64,000 bases of DNA from Macrostomum lignano (lineage: Eukaryota). Below are positions 51,643 to 64,000 of the stretch, in pieces (positions within the stretch are counted from its first letter, which is position 1; the number at the start of each line of letters is the position of its first letter). The notes under the pieces are model-generated. The model was not told the origin of the DNA and did no database searches. It saw only the letters and a list, made by a program, of their open reading frames with translations. The DNA lies in NCBI GenBank assembly GCA_002269645.1, contig NIVC01000391.1, positions 62,001-126,000 on the forward strand. The letters are read 5' to 3'. A program made the position numbers and the translations under genes.

Positions 51643-53388
51643 ATGGTCACCAACCAGCAGCAGCAACAGCAACAGCTCTCAGCCTCCATAGCCGTCAGCT
51701 CAGCTGGCACTGTGCTGGCCACATCCGCCGCGCCTCAGGTAGCCCAGATCATCCAGCTGCCCATGGGTGCCACCAGCGTGGCCTCAGCGCAGCAGCCGCA
51801 GCAACAGGCGGTTTTCTATGCAGCCCCGGCTGCGCCGGCCCCGGCTGCCCAGCAGGTGCTCGCCATCCAGACTGCCGACGGTCAGATTGTGCACCTGCCA
51901 GTGCAGTGCGCCGCCGGGCCCAACGGCCAGATGGTGCTGATGCTGCCGCAGACGGCCGCCGCTGCCACGGCCGGCCAGCAGCTGACTTTGCCGACTGTCG
52001 GCGCCGCGGCTCCCGCGCCGGTCATCACCTCGGCGACAACAGCATCAGCCGCCGTCAGCGAGGCGCCGCAGATGAAGCCGATGGTGGTGACCGGCCAAGC
52101 GGAAGCCGCCGCCGAACCCGCCGACGAAGCCGGGCTCGGCATGGTCGACGGCGACGCCTCTGCGGCCGACGCAGACAGCGGCGTCGCTGTCGGATCCGGT
52201 GGCGCCGGAGGGGAGGAGGAGCCGCTGTACGTCAACGCCAAGCAGTACCACAGGATCCTCAAGCGGCGGGCGGCCAGGTGAGCTGACTGGATGTGTCAGA
52301 ATCTGGGTGCTATTTATGATTCCAATTGGGTCTGAATTCTGCATGGCAAGTGACGAGAGTTATGATGCACACTATGCCACAAAAATAAGCTTAGCAACAA
52401 GGACTATCTGAAAAACTGCTAGAATAATATCTGTTAAGTCTGTCAGATTCCTTTCCTGTTTGTTATGAAAATTTCATTTTATAATGTGGGATTTATTTGT
52501 AACTGTCAGCGTCTTTTGCACCTGTCTTTTTGGGATGTTTCAGATTCTTTTTTCGGCGTGTTAGAGCCAGTTTAGGTGCTGGGTGCTTTAATCCTGTCAG
52601 TGTCGAAGGCTTGTCAAAGGCTGTCAAAATGTGTCAGGGGCTGTCAGAGACTGTCAAAGTGTGTCAAAGGCTGTAGGAGTGTGTCAGAGGCTTTAGGAGT
52701 GTGTCAGATGCTTTAGGAGTGTGTCAGAGGCTTTAGGAGTGTGTCAGAGCCTCTCAGAGGCTCTAGGAGTGTGTCGGAGCTGTCAGAGGCTGTAGGAGTG
52801 TGTCGGAGCCTGTCAGAGGCTCTAGGAGTGTGTCAGAGGCTGTAGGAGTGTGTCAGAGGCTGCAGGAGTGTGTCAGCCTGTAGGAGTGTGTCAGAGGCAG
52901 TAGGAGTGTGTCGGAGCCTGTCAGAGGCTGTAGGAGTGTGTCAGACTGTGTCAGGCTGTTTCAGAGGCTAACTGTGTAGTCAGTGTCACTTAGCAGCAGA
53001 GCCTTCATTCCCTCGTTCCCCATCACTGCAATTGGCCGCAACGCGCAGGGCGAAGCTGGAGGCTGAAGGCCGCATACCCAAGGAACGGCAGAAGTACCTG
53101 CACGAGTCCAGGCACAAGCACGCCATGAACCGGCAGCGCGGCGCCGGAGGCAGATTCTTCTCTCCCCAGGAGCTGCAGCAGCAACAGCAGCAGCAGCAAC
53201 AGCAGCAGCAGGCAGCCAGGCAGCAGGCCAACCGCTCAGCCGCCAGTCGAACTACGGGCGCTGCCCAGCCGAATCGGCCAGTGGCGATGGCCGCCGCGCC
53301 TCTTAAAGTTGAAGGCGTCGTGGTTCTCTCCGCTCCGCCAGCCTCGGCCTCGAATCAGCAGCAGCAGCTGCCTTCGGCCACATCGTAA
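51643..53388 (+). CDS. NFYA: Nuclear transcription factor Y subunit alpha (CCAAT-binding factor B), 2 exons identified
   Basis: Exons 51643-52277 and 53049-53388. Gln/Ala-rich activation region, then [57 protein letters not shown]. An upstream exon is possible (in-frame acceptor at 51630). Confidence 0.95.
52620..52965. repeat. Intronic minisatellite, about 20-bp unit GGAGTGTGTCAGAGGCTGTA
   Basis: Degenerate tandem copies in the NFYA intron. Confidence 0.85.
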
Positions 53389-54584
53389 ACAACTTTTGTG
53401 TTCTTTCTGAGCGGTGATGTCCAATCTTCGCTTGTCTGTCCATCAGAATACTGACTCCATGTGGCACGGTGTTGTCCCATTGTCTATTTTAACTGCTCCC
53501 TGCCGTCTGCCTTCTCCCTACCACTATCTCCATTCTCTGCATCTCTCTACTCTCCCCATCTATATTCTCTACTCTCACAATCTCTCTTCTCTCCTCTCCC
53601 CATCTCTATTCTCTACTCTCTCACTATCTATTCTCTACTCTACCATCTTCGAGCGTCTCATCTCTAGTCAGACTGTGCGTGTGTCCAAACTGTTGTTGCT
53701 TTTAACATACGAATTGAAGTGTGCATTGTTTTAAAGTTTTGTTCAAAATATAAAATATTGCTTCAATATGCGAATGCGAGTTAATAATTATCAGGTGTTG
53801 TCATCTGTATGTCTAATTACATGCTAATTAGTGGGGCTTTTTTAACTGCCATCCAATTATTCGCTATTCTTTTAAACCTCAACGAGAATTTTGCGCCCAA
53901 TAATCTTTGTATCTGAATTCCAGCTGCTAGCTGCACTACTTAAAAAGCCGCTTGTAAGTAGTGTATTCGGGAATGCCAATATTTATTGTTATGCAAGTCC
54001 CAAATCTCATTCTCTTTTAACTTGCTTTTTTATGCCGGCTATTAAACAAAACGTAAAATGAAAAGCAACGTACAGTAAGTCGTATGTAAGTAGTATGTAT
54101 GTACAGCTGTGTACGTGATACAGACGCTTAACATATATATTGGTACAGTAATCGTTGGTCAATGAACCGTGTGACCTGTACACAGATTTACCTGTAAGTG
54201 TAAACCCAGTTATGTTAATTGTTATTTATTAATATTAGCTTTTGCTGTGTTAATTCTTAATAGCTTCTCGAAATTGCGTGTTGTACATAAGCGTTACCAT
54301 GTGCGAATTAGAACTTCTCGCACCTGTCAAAACTTCTTTGTCTCGTCATGCTCCCATACTGGCCGCAAACAAATAAACAAAACAATGAAGGGCGGTGTTT
54401 GCTTGTTTGTGAATCCATATACTAAAAATGAAAATCTTGCTTGCTTGCTTGTACGAAATACTAGCTAAAAGTGTAAAACTAAGACAAGTTTATTTTTTCA
54501 TTTAAAGAAGCGACAAATTTACTGTGAAAATGGCACCAAATGGGTCTGACAGTCGGCTGCCCTCTTATTGTCCTTTCCGCACCA

Positions 54585-54968
54585 TTGTCTATTCTCTTCC
54601 CCCCATTGTCTCTCCTTCTCCCCCATTGTCCATTCTCTTCCCCCATTGTCTCTCCTTCTCCCCCCATTGTCTATTCTCTTCCCCCATTGTCTCTCCTTCT
54701 CCCCCCATTGTCTCTCCTTCTCCCCCTATTGTCTATTCTCTTCCCCCCATTGTCTCTCCTTCTCCCCCCATTGTCTACCTTCCCTTCCCCATTGTCTACC
54801 CTACTCTCCCCATTGTCTCCCTCCTCTCCCCATTGTCTCCCTCCTCACCCCATTGTCTCCCTCCTCTCCCCATTGTCTACCCTCTTTCCCCATTGTCTAC
54901 CCTCTTCTCCCCATTGTCTACCCTCCTCTCCCCATTGTCTACCCTCCTCTCCCCATTGTCTACCCCCT
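54585..54968. repeat. Pyrimidine-rich minisatellite, about 21-bp unit CCCCATTGTCTCTCCTTCTCC
   Basis: About 18 copies between the convergent NFYA and MoaC 3' ends. Confidence 0.9.
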
Positions 54969-55041
54969 TTCTGAAAGTCTTGTCTCTTCTCCCCTTTGCC
55001 TTTTGAATTTAGTCTACCCTCGAGTACCCAGCTGTCCACCT

Positions 55042-56306
55042 TCATTCCTCTCTTCGGTAGTCGCCAGACTTTCCCCCAGTCTTGGCCAGCAGGCGCAGGT
55101 CGCGCACCACAATGCTTTTGTCCGCCGCTTTGCACATATCGTAGACGGTGAGGGCGGCCACGGCGCAGCCAGTCAGGGCCTCCATCTCCACGCCGGTTCG
55201 ACCGTCGCACTCGACCCGACAGGTGACGTCCACGCGGGGCTCGGCGTTGTGCACGGTGACGCTGGTCTGTCAGGGTTGGCGGGGGAATGTCTCGCACCTG
55301 CTTACATGTGTACTGCCCGCGGCTTTGATTATGCACGTATAATATGAACGTAGAATTTCTTTTTTTAGTTTGTTTAAATTCCGCAATTTTAACAGCCTAA
55401 TGGCATGCATGTTACCAAGAGGTCAAGTATGGCGTGAAATTAGTGTAGGAGCGTGTTGGAGACCAGCAGTGTGTCAGAAACTGCAATGAGTGTCACAGGC
55501 TGAGTGTGTCAGTGCCTGTCTCACGGCCGTCTGGGTGGGTCAGAGGCTGTACATGTACATGTAGTAGTGTCAGAATTTGTAGGTTTGTGTCAGCCAGCCC
55601 ATAAGGCTGTTCGAGCCGCTTGAAAGAGTGTCAGAGGCCAGGACTGTGTCAGAGAATTTTAGCATGTGTACATCAAAGCCTGCAGAAGTGTTGTTACTCG
55701 TATACTCTTATACGAGATACTCGTATTGCCAGCTTGAGTGAGGTAGAATATGCCAGGGCCCGGATAGCGCAGCTCAGAGATGGTCCAGCCTTGTGACTAC
55801 TCTTAACATAAGCGACTGTATGATGTCAGCTTAGCTGCTGAGCCACCCGCCAACCATCTCAGATCCTCGGTGCTCAGAGAAGCACTGACATTCATTGTCT
55901 TTCTTTGCAATTTTAAGCGCTTCCTCAGCAGCTGCATGCGCACGCAGGTGGCACCAACCTGAGCGCTATTGAGCGGCAGCTGGTGGCACAGCGGGATGAG
56001 CTCAGAGGTCCTCTTGGCGGCCATCACGCCTGCCAGCTCGGCTGTGAGCAGCACTGAACCCTTGGCCAGCTGGCCGCCAGAGTCCAGCAGCAGTCGGTGC
56101 AGCCCAGCCGACACGGTCAGGTGGCAGGCAGCTTCGGCGACACGGCGACTCGATGACTTGTCGCCGACGTTCACCATGCGGGGCCTGGCGGTGGCGGCGT
56201 CAATGTGGCTGAGCGAGTCGCTGCCGCCGACGCCGCCCGACTGGCAGCTGCGAGCCGCAGATGCGGTCAGCAGCAGGCGCCGGGCTTGCGCAAAGCGTCC
56301 GAGCAT
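55042..56306 (-). CDS. moaC: Cyclic pyranopterin monophosphate synthase MoaC (MOCS1B-like), with a putative mitochondrial transit peptide, 2 exons
   Basis: Exons 56306-55959 and 55266-55042. Motifs LSHID...[58 protein letters not shown]. Confidence 0.92.
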
Positions 56307-56449
56307 TCTGCGATCGTTTAAAGCAGAGCAGCTGAGCAAAAGCAGCAGCAGTTCTGCTGCTGCAATGGCACACCGGGGCTGGTCTAGAGACGAGTGGGGA
56401 AGCCAGGGATTCCTATAGACATTCCTTGCCTAGAGGTGATTTAGGAAAG

Positions 56450-57035
56450 CCAGGGATTTCTAGACTCTCCTGGACGGGAGGCAGGTTGGAAAAGCAAGTG
56501 ACACTAAGCTCTCCTGGACTGGAGGCGATTAGAAGCCAGGGACTCCTACGAGTAGAAATCTTCTGGACTGGAGGCGAGTGGAGGAAGTCAGGGACTCCTA
56601 CGAGTAGAAATCTTCTGGACTGGAGGCGAGTGGAGGAAGTCAGGGACTCCTACGAGTAGAAATCTTCTGGACTGGGGGCTAGTCAGGAGAGCCAGGAATC
56701 TCTTAGATATCCTTTAGATGGGAGATTATAGCTCGTAATTGGGATATAACGAAGCTTCTCACCGAGTGCGATTAGGGTAAACAAAGCCCACAAATGCATA
56801 TTTATTGCATCACAACATAAGAAGATAGAGTTCATTCTTTTTGCTTGCTTTTACTTGTTGAAAATATTTCCTGACTTAGCTTGAGGATCTAAAAGACTGG
56901 CGGAGGCCCAGCAACTGAGGATCTGGGAGGCTGGCCCAGCATCTGAGGATCAGGGAGGCTGGCCCAGCAACTGAGGATCTGGGAGACTGGCCCAGCAACT
57001 GAGGATCTGGGAGGCTGCCCCAGCAACTGAGGATG
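56450..57035. repeat. Two short tandem arrays (about 58-bp unit x3; 28-bp GGCCCAGCAACTGAGGATCTGGGAGGCT x5)
   Basis: Direct inspection of the region between RBM39 and MoaC. Confidence 0.8.
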
Positions 57036-57529
57036 AGTAAAAAATAGAGAACAAAGACAAAGCCAAATAAAATTGCTTATCGAAAACGGCAGTAGCTGGA
57101 ATTCGCACGAACCAAGCGGACAAAGCAGCGCGCGCTTGACTGCATACAGGAGAGCACAATGCCTCCAAGGGCAGTGCATCAGTGTTTAGTTATTAAGATT
57201 TAGTGTCACAAATTCAACGCGTAGGAACACAAAATTATTACAACAGGCAAAAAATTTAATTTTAAATTAATGACTCGGATAAATTAGAAATTATCAAACC
57301 CCCAGCGTGACGAAAGTTAAGACAAAAATTAATTTTTCTACCAATAGTAAATTTATTAAAATGATAACGACAATATCAATACGGTAATAGCAGCCATTAC
57401 AATAAACTTAATTATTAGATGAATTTTTATTCTTTAGTAAATAACAATATTGATAAAGCCAGTTGCAATATTATAAAACGATACACAGAACAGGTGCACA
57501 GAGGCTATAACTAAAATCAGAAGCGCCAG

Positions 57530-57722
57530 TCACTTGCACGCTCTCTGATTGGCCAGTCACTTGTACGCTCTATTCTGATTGGCCAGTCACTTGTACGCTC
57601 TCTGATTGGCCAGTCACTTGTACGCTCTATTCTGATTGGCCAGTCACTTGTACGCTCTCTGATTGGCCAGTCACTTGTACGCTCTCTGATTGGCCAGTCA
57701 CTTGTACGCTCTCTGATTGGCC
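57530..57722. repeat. 27-bp tandem repeat (7 copies) overlapping the RBM39 stop codon; each unit contains a CCAAT box
   Basis: Unit TCTGATTGGCCAGTCACTTGTACGCTC. Confidence 0.93.
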
Positions 57723-60700
57723 ATGCTCTCCATCTGCTGGATGATGGTGGACACCCTGGCGGCCTCCGGGAACATCTTGTGATAGGACGGCAGCGGCATC
57801 GACGAGGCCGCGATGGTCCGCCCGCCGAATGTGCGGCCGTTCATCGCGCGGATGCAGTTCTGTGCGTCCGGGGCGGTGCGGCACTTCACGTACACCAGGC
57901 CCTCCCGGGACACCGGGTTCACCGAGCAGTGGTCCACCACGGCGCCGAGCTTCTTGCACTCGTTTACCACGTCCTCGCGGATCTCTTCCAGGCTGAGGCC
58001 CGGCTCCAGGCTGAACATGTTCGACAGCACGAAGCACGGCGTGGCGGCGGCGCCGCTGCGGGCCGATCCGCTAGCTGCCGACCCGGCCGAAGCCGCCCCG
58101 GCAACTCCGCCGCGCTGCTGGAGCTCCTTGGCCGCGCGAAGGGCCTGCTGTGCGGACTCCGGAATGGCCAGGCCGGTGCCCTCGGCCAGGCGGGCCATGA
58201 GCATGAGTCGGTCGCTGCTGCCCAGGCTGATGCCGGCTCGGTCCAGCTCGTCCGAGATCTCCGTGCTGGAGCCGCCGCTACTGGCGTTGGCCTTCAGGGT
58301 GGCCTTGTCCAGCAGGTGACTCACCTGTGGCCGGCGGTGCATTGGAGCATTCAAACTTAGTTAAAGAATTTGTCAGTTAATTATGAAGCTTTAACAAAAT
58401 GAGTAGCCACTGAACATAAGAATCCACGATTCTAGAGATCTTGTCAATCAAAAGTGAGAAAGGTGATGGAAGCCCAACAATCCAAGGTGGAAACCCAACA
58501 ATCAAAGGTGGAAACCCATCAATCAAAGGTGGAAACCCACAAATCAAAGGTGGACACCCACCAATCAAAGGTGGAAAAACACAAGTCAAAGGTGGAAACC
58601 CACCAATCAAAGGTGGAAACCCATCAATCAAAGGTGAAACCCCATCAATCAGAGGTGGAAACCCATCAATCAAAGGTGGAAACCCATCAATCAAGAGTGG
58701 AAACCCATCAATCAAAGGTGGAAACCCATCAATCAAGGGTGGAAACCCATACACTAGAACAAGTTCACAAGCAGGACTCCAACCTTCATTGGTCGGCCAG
58801 CCAAGTCGAAGCCATTCAGCTGGTCCAACGCGTTATTGGCGTCCTCGCCGTTACGGTAGGTGACAAACCCGTAGCCAGCTGACAGGCCCGTGGCCGCGTC
58901 CTTCACCAGCTTGAGCTCCTCCAATGGGCCGAAGGGCTCCAGGATGCCACGAAGCATCTCGTCAGTGATGCTGGGGTTCAACGAGCCGACGTAGAGCTTC
59001 ACCGGGCCGCTGCCGGGGTTGCCAGGGGTGCCGGAATTGCCGGCGGCTGGGGTGGTCTGCGAGCTGGCCCGATTCTTCTCGGCCTGAGCGCTTTGTACTT
59101 GGATTGGAACGCCCAGTAGTTTAGTACCTGGACGGGATGGTGGCGGTACTCTGCACGATGAAGTATTTAATTGTATACATAGAGTTTACCAACTAGGGGT
59201 GGGAATCTATCAGCATTGACATGAGAGTCTACTAATTAGAACTAGAGGTGAGAGTCCATCAATTAGAGGTGAGAGTCCATCAATTAGAGGTGAGAATCTT
59301 TCAATTAGAGGTGAGAATCTTTCAATTAGAGGTGAGAATCCATCAATTAGATGTGAGAATCCATCAATTAGAGGTGAGAGTCTATCAATTAGAGGTGAGA
59401 ATCTTTCAATTAGAGGTGAGAATCCATCAAATAGAGGTGAGAATCCATCAAATAGAGGTGAGAATCCATCAAATAGAGGTGAGAGTCCATCAATTAGAGA
59501 TGAGATTCCATCAAATAGAGGTGAGAGTCCATCAATTAGAGGTGAGAATCCATCAAATAGAGGTGAGAGTCCATCAATTAGAGGTGAGAATCCATCAAAT
59601 AGAGGTGAGAATCCATCAAATAGAGGTGAGAGTCCATCAATTAGAGATGAGATTCCATCAAATAGAGGTGAGAGTCCATCAATTAGAGGTGAGAATCCAT
59701 CAAATAGAGGTGAGAGTCCATCAATTAGAGATGAGATTCCATCAAATAGAGGTGAGAGTCCATCAATTAGAGGTGAGAATCCATCAAATAGAGGTGAGAG
59801 TCCATCAATTAGAGGTGAGAATCCATCAAATAGAGGTGAGAATTCATCAAATAGAGGTGAGAGTCCATCAATTAGAGATGAGATTCCATCAAATAGAGGT
59901 GAGAGTCCATCAATTAGAGGTGAGAATCCATCAATTAGAGGTGAGAGTCCATCAATTAGAGGTGAGAATCCATCAAATAGAGGTGAGAGTCCATCAATTA
60001 GAGATGAGATTCCATCAAATAGAAATGAGAGTCCATCAATTAGAGGTGAGAATCCATCAATTAGAGGTGAGAGTCCATCAATTAGAGGTGAGAATCCATC
60101 AAATAGAGGTGAGAGTCCATCAATTAGAGATGAGATTCCATCAAATAGAAATGAGAGTCCATCAATTAGAGGTGAGAATCCATCAATTAGAGGTGAGAAT
60201 CCATCAATTAGAGGTGAGAGTCCATCAATTAGAGATGAGATTCCATCAAATAAAGGTGAGATTCCATCAAATAGAGGTGAGAGTCCATCAATTAGAGGTG
60301 AGATTCCATCAATTAGAGGTGAGATTCCATCAAATAGAGGTGAGATTCCATCAAATAGAGGTGAGATTCCATCAAATAGAGGTGAGATTCCATCAAATAG
60401 AGGTGAGAATCTATTAAAGAGGTGAGAATCTATCAGAGGTGAGGATCCATCAATTAGAGCTGACAGTCCATCAATTAGAGCTGAGAGTCTATTAATTAGA
60501 GGTGAGGGTCTATCAGAGGTGAGAATCTATCAAATAGAGGTGAGAATCCATCAAATAGAGGTGAGAATCTATAAAATAGAGGTGAGAATCCATCAATTAG
60601 AGCTGAGAGTCCATCAATTAGAGCTGAGAGTCCATCAATAAGAGCTGAGAGTCTATTAATTAGAGGTGAGGGTCTATCAGAGGTGAGAATCTATCAGAGG

Positions 60701-63104
60701 TGAGAATCCATCAATTAGAGCTGATAGTCTATTAATTAGAGGTGAGGGTCTATCAGTGGCGAGAATCTATCAAATAGAGGTGAGAGTCCATCAATTAGAG
60801 GTGAGAATCTATCAAATAGAGGTGAGAATCCATCAAATAGAGGTGAGAATCCATCAAATAGAGGTGAGAGTCCATCAATTAGAGATGAGATTCCATCAAT
60901 TAGAGGTGAGAGTCCATCAAATAGAGGTGAGAATCCATCAATTAGAGGTGAGAGTCCATCAATTAGAGGTGAGAATCCATCAAATAGAGGTGAGAGTCCA
61001 TCAATTAGAGATGAGATTCCATCAAATAGAGGTGAGAGTCCATCAATTAGAGGTGAGAATCCATCAAATAGAGGTGAGTCCATCAATTAGAGGTGAGAAT
61101 CCATCAAATAGAGGTGAGAATCCATCAAATAGAGGTGAGAGTCCATCAATTAGAGATGAGATTCCATCAAATAGAGGTGAGAGTCCATCAATTAGAGGTG
61201 AGAATCCATCAATTAGAGGTGAGAATCCATCAATTAGAGGTGAGAGTCCATCAATTAGAGATGAGATTCCATCAAATAAAGGTGAGATTCCATCAAATAG
61301 AGGTGAGAGTCCATCAATTAGAGGTGAGATTCCATCAATTAGAGGTGAGATTCCATCAAATAGAGGTGAGATTCCATCAAATAGAGGTGAGATTCCATCA
61401 AATAGAGGTGAGATTCCATCAAATAGAGGTGAGAATCTATTAAAGAGGTGAGAATCTATCAGAGGTGAGGATCCATCAATTAGAGCTGACAGTCCATCAA
61501 TTAGAGCTGAGAGTCTATTAATTAGAGGTGAGGGTCTATCAGAGGTGAGAATCTATCAAATAGAGGTGAGAATCCATCAAATAGAGGTGAGAATCTATCG
61601 AATAGAGGTGAAAATCTATCGAATAGAGGTGAGAATCTATAAAATAGAGGTGAGAATCCATCAATTAGAGCTGAGAGTCCATCAATTAGAGCTGAGAGTC
61701 CATCAATAAGAGCTGAGAGTCTATTAATTAGAGGTGAGGGTCTATCAGAGGTGAGAATCTATCAGAGGTGAGAATCCATCAATTAGAGCTGAGAGTCTAT
61801 TAATTAGAGGTGAGGGTCTATCAGTGGCGAGAATCTATCAAATAGAGGTGAGAGTCCATCAATTAGAGGTGAGAATCTATCAAATAGAGGTGAGAATCCA
61901 TCAAATAGAGGTGAGAGTCCATCAATTAGAGCTGAGAGTCCATCAATTAGAGCTGAGAGTCTATTAATTAGAGGTGAGGGTCTATCAGTGGCGAGAATCT
62001 ATCAAATAGAGGCGAGAATCCATCAAATAGAGGTGAGAGTCCATCAATTAGAGCTGAGAGTCCATCAATTAGAGCTGAGAGTCCATCAATTAGAGCTGAG
62101 AGTCTATTAATTAGAGGTGAGGGTCTATCAGAGGTGAGAGTCCATCAATTAGAGCTGAGAGTCTGTCAATTAGAGTCTGTCAATTATAGCTGAGAGTCTA
62201 TTAATTAGAGGTGAGGGTCTATCAGAGCTGAGAGTCCATCAACGTTGAGGTGAGAATCTATCAACGTTGAGGTGAGTTTCCACAAATTATAAGTGGGAAT
62301 TAATCAAACTCATATTACAATACAAGTATAAATCAAATATGGTTGAGCTACCGTCCCCAGTCAGTGAGCACAGAAATTGTCACAGGCTCACCCGTCAGCC
62401 CGATGGCCAGCTGCACGGAGTCCACATCCTGGAACTCAACATACGCGATGCCCTTGGACCGGCGAGTCCTGTTGTCCATGATCAATCGGACGTCGCGAAT
62501 TTTTCCAACGCTAGAGAAAAAGTCGTCCAGATCGCGCGGCCGAATTCTCGGCGACATCTGCCAGACGAAGACTGTCCGAGCGTCCCGGTCCTCTGGGCTG
62601 AGCTCTGGCGTCTGGCCCTTAGCGATGCGGTTCTTGTCCGACTGCCAGAACAGCACGCCGCCTTTGCCGCGCTGCAGCTCGTCAGCCGGCGAGCGGGACC
62701 TCGAGCGGGACGAGCGGCGGCGGTGACGACGATCCCGATCCCGATCTCGGTCACGGTCCCGATCCCGGTCCCGATCGTCGTCTCTGCGTCGGTCCCGATC
62801 GCGATCTCGTCCTCTCCGGTGGTCCCGGTCCCGATCCCGGTCCCTCTCCTTGTCCCGGTCCCGATCCCGGTCCCTCTCCTTGTCCCGGTCCCGATCCCGG
62901 TCCCTCTCCTTGTCCCGGTCTCGATCCCGGTTTGATTTTCGTTCGCGACTTCGATCCCGATCTCGATCGCGGTCCCGATGACGATCCCGGTCCCGATCCC
63001 GATCTCGGTCGCGGGATTTCGATCCGCTGTCCTCCGGCTTCGGCGAGTCTTTGTTCACCGGCGGAATCGAGGCGGCCTCATTGGCGTCGTCGCTGGCCTT
63101 CCGT
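57698..63104 (-). CDS. RBM39: RNA-binding protein 39 (CAPER) orthologue: RS/RD domain, RRM1, RRM2, linker, UHM; 5' exon(s) not identified
   Basis: Exons 63104-62392, 59127-58784 and 58324-57698 join in frame. Motifs PEDRDARTVFVWQM..RIRPRDLDDFFSSVGKIRDVRLIMD..RRSKGIAYVEF, GVPIQVQSAQAEKNR, KLYVGSL..ITDEMLRGILEPFG, NGFDLAGRPMKV, LMLMARLAEGTG, CFVLSNMF..EDVVNEC. Confidence 0.95.
58465..58750. repeat. Intronic minisatellite, 21-bp unit GGTGGAAACCCATCAATCAAA
   Basis: About 13 copies in an RBM39 intron. Confidence 0.95.
59240..62280. repeat. Intronic minisatellite, 21-bp unit GAGGTGAGAGTCCATCAATTA, about 3 kb, with an internal duplication of about 1 kb
   Basis: About 145 copies. Variant strings at 60241/60408 recur at 61267/61434 (offset 1026). 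Confidence 0.97.
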
Positions 63105-64000
63105 CTAGACGGGGAAGGGAAAGAAACAAAAGTGGGGAAACAGAGACTGAGAGAGGTCGCGATTGATGATAACTGGTGAATGGCTGGACAGTCGGGCGAG
63201 TGAAAACACCCGACAATACAATGCAAAAGCCTATGTCCGGGGTCTTCGCTCATTTGTTACCGTGGCAACTGATCCCTTCTTAATCAAAGCTGCGTCCGCA
63301 GCGGCAGAGGCAGAGAGACATACAGAGCGCCTCCTGCAAGGTTGCGAATTTGTCAAGTCAATAACTTTCAGCACAAGTTTTTTTGTCTTATTAGGCAAAC
63401 AATTTTAAGACGATGATGATGAAGCAAAGCAACCGCGAGGCTGGAGAGCGCGAGACCACACAGCGTTATCCAACTCACTGCCCAATCTCGAAGCCCTAGA
63501 AAGAGGATATTTACAAACTTGGCAACAGCGTAACCAACCAATTCAATTCTCTGGTCTGAATTCAATACCTTAGAAAAGGCAATTAGTTACTTGAGAATGC
63601 TGAGTAACTACTCGACTCATCGCCCCGGTAAGATCTGAAAAGCCAATTAAGCAATTAATCTGTACAGTACAGACGAGGAATAAAAACTGGGGTGCAAGAA
63701 TTGACGAGCTGCCGGAGTAGGAGCCAGCGTAAAATCATCTCGAGCCTTCACACCTGTCAATCAACTGGCGTCAGGCCTGCGGGGTTGTTGATTTTGATTG
63801 CAGTGGTTTGTTGGCATGGTAGCAGCTGCTCAGCTCCCTGCTCGGTGTCAGTTAATGGCCTAATTCTGCCGATCAAAATCAACCGACTGCCAGTTTTGAT
63901 CGGCAATAAAGAACGGCCTATTTTTAATTCTCAACTCGCTACTTGAGAGTAGGATGTCGAGAGGATTTGTCACTAGCCTTTTCATAAGCTTGCTTGTCAA

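Noticed and set aside
63105-63253. MSEDPGH... start of RBM39 in the ORF track
   Set aside because: It does not resemble the conserved RBM39 N-terminus and runs through a polypyrimidine tract and acceptor; the true first exon probably lies upstream or outside the window.

Overview
Eukaryotic (animal) genomic DNA. GC-rich, Ala-rich exons sit in AT-rich DNA, and most large introns and intergenic gaps are filled by their own minisatellite. This style suggests a free-living flatworm such as Macrostomum, but that is inference only. Genes reconstructed by hand from splice sites and protein motifs: F-box/LRR protein (+, with a GC-AG intron), an orphan ORF (+), COPS8 (+), a PGAM-like histidine phosphatase (+), SMIM4/UQCC5 (+), a secreted Cys-rich/mucin protein (-), a class B (secretin-like) GPCR (-), NF-YA (+), a stand-alone MoaC/MOCS1B (-) and RBM39 (-, 5' end not found). 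Mobile DNA includes several MITE/foldback elements with clean 8-9 bp target-site duplications and a tRNA-derived CORE-like SINE. Most notable: (1) the GPCR has two complete tandem hormone-binding domains, each on its own phase 0-0 exon, with a splice arrangement that could swap them; (2) a 261-bp MITE carries a 60-bp piece of 28S rDNA spanning the R2/I-PpoI target site; (3) COPS8 has no ATG near its homologous start and begins in phase 0 right after an acceptor, as expected if a flatworm spliced-leader AUG supplies the start within a candidate operon. No CRISPR array or complete rRNA/tRNA gene is present. Most long ORFs in the track are repeat artefacts. Exon coordinates were counted by hand; repeat boundaries are approximate.
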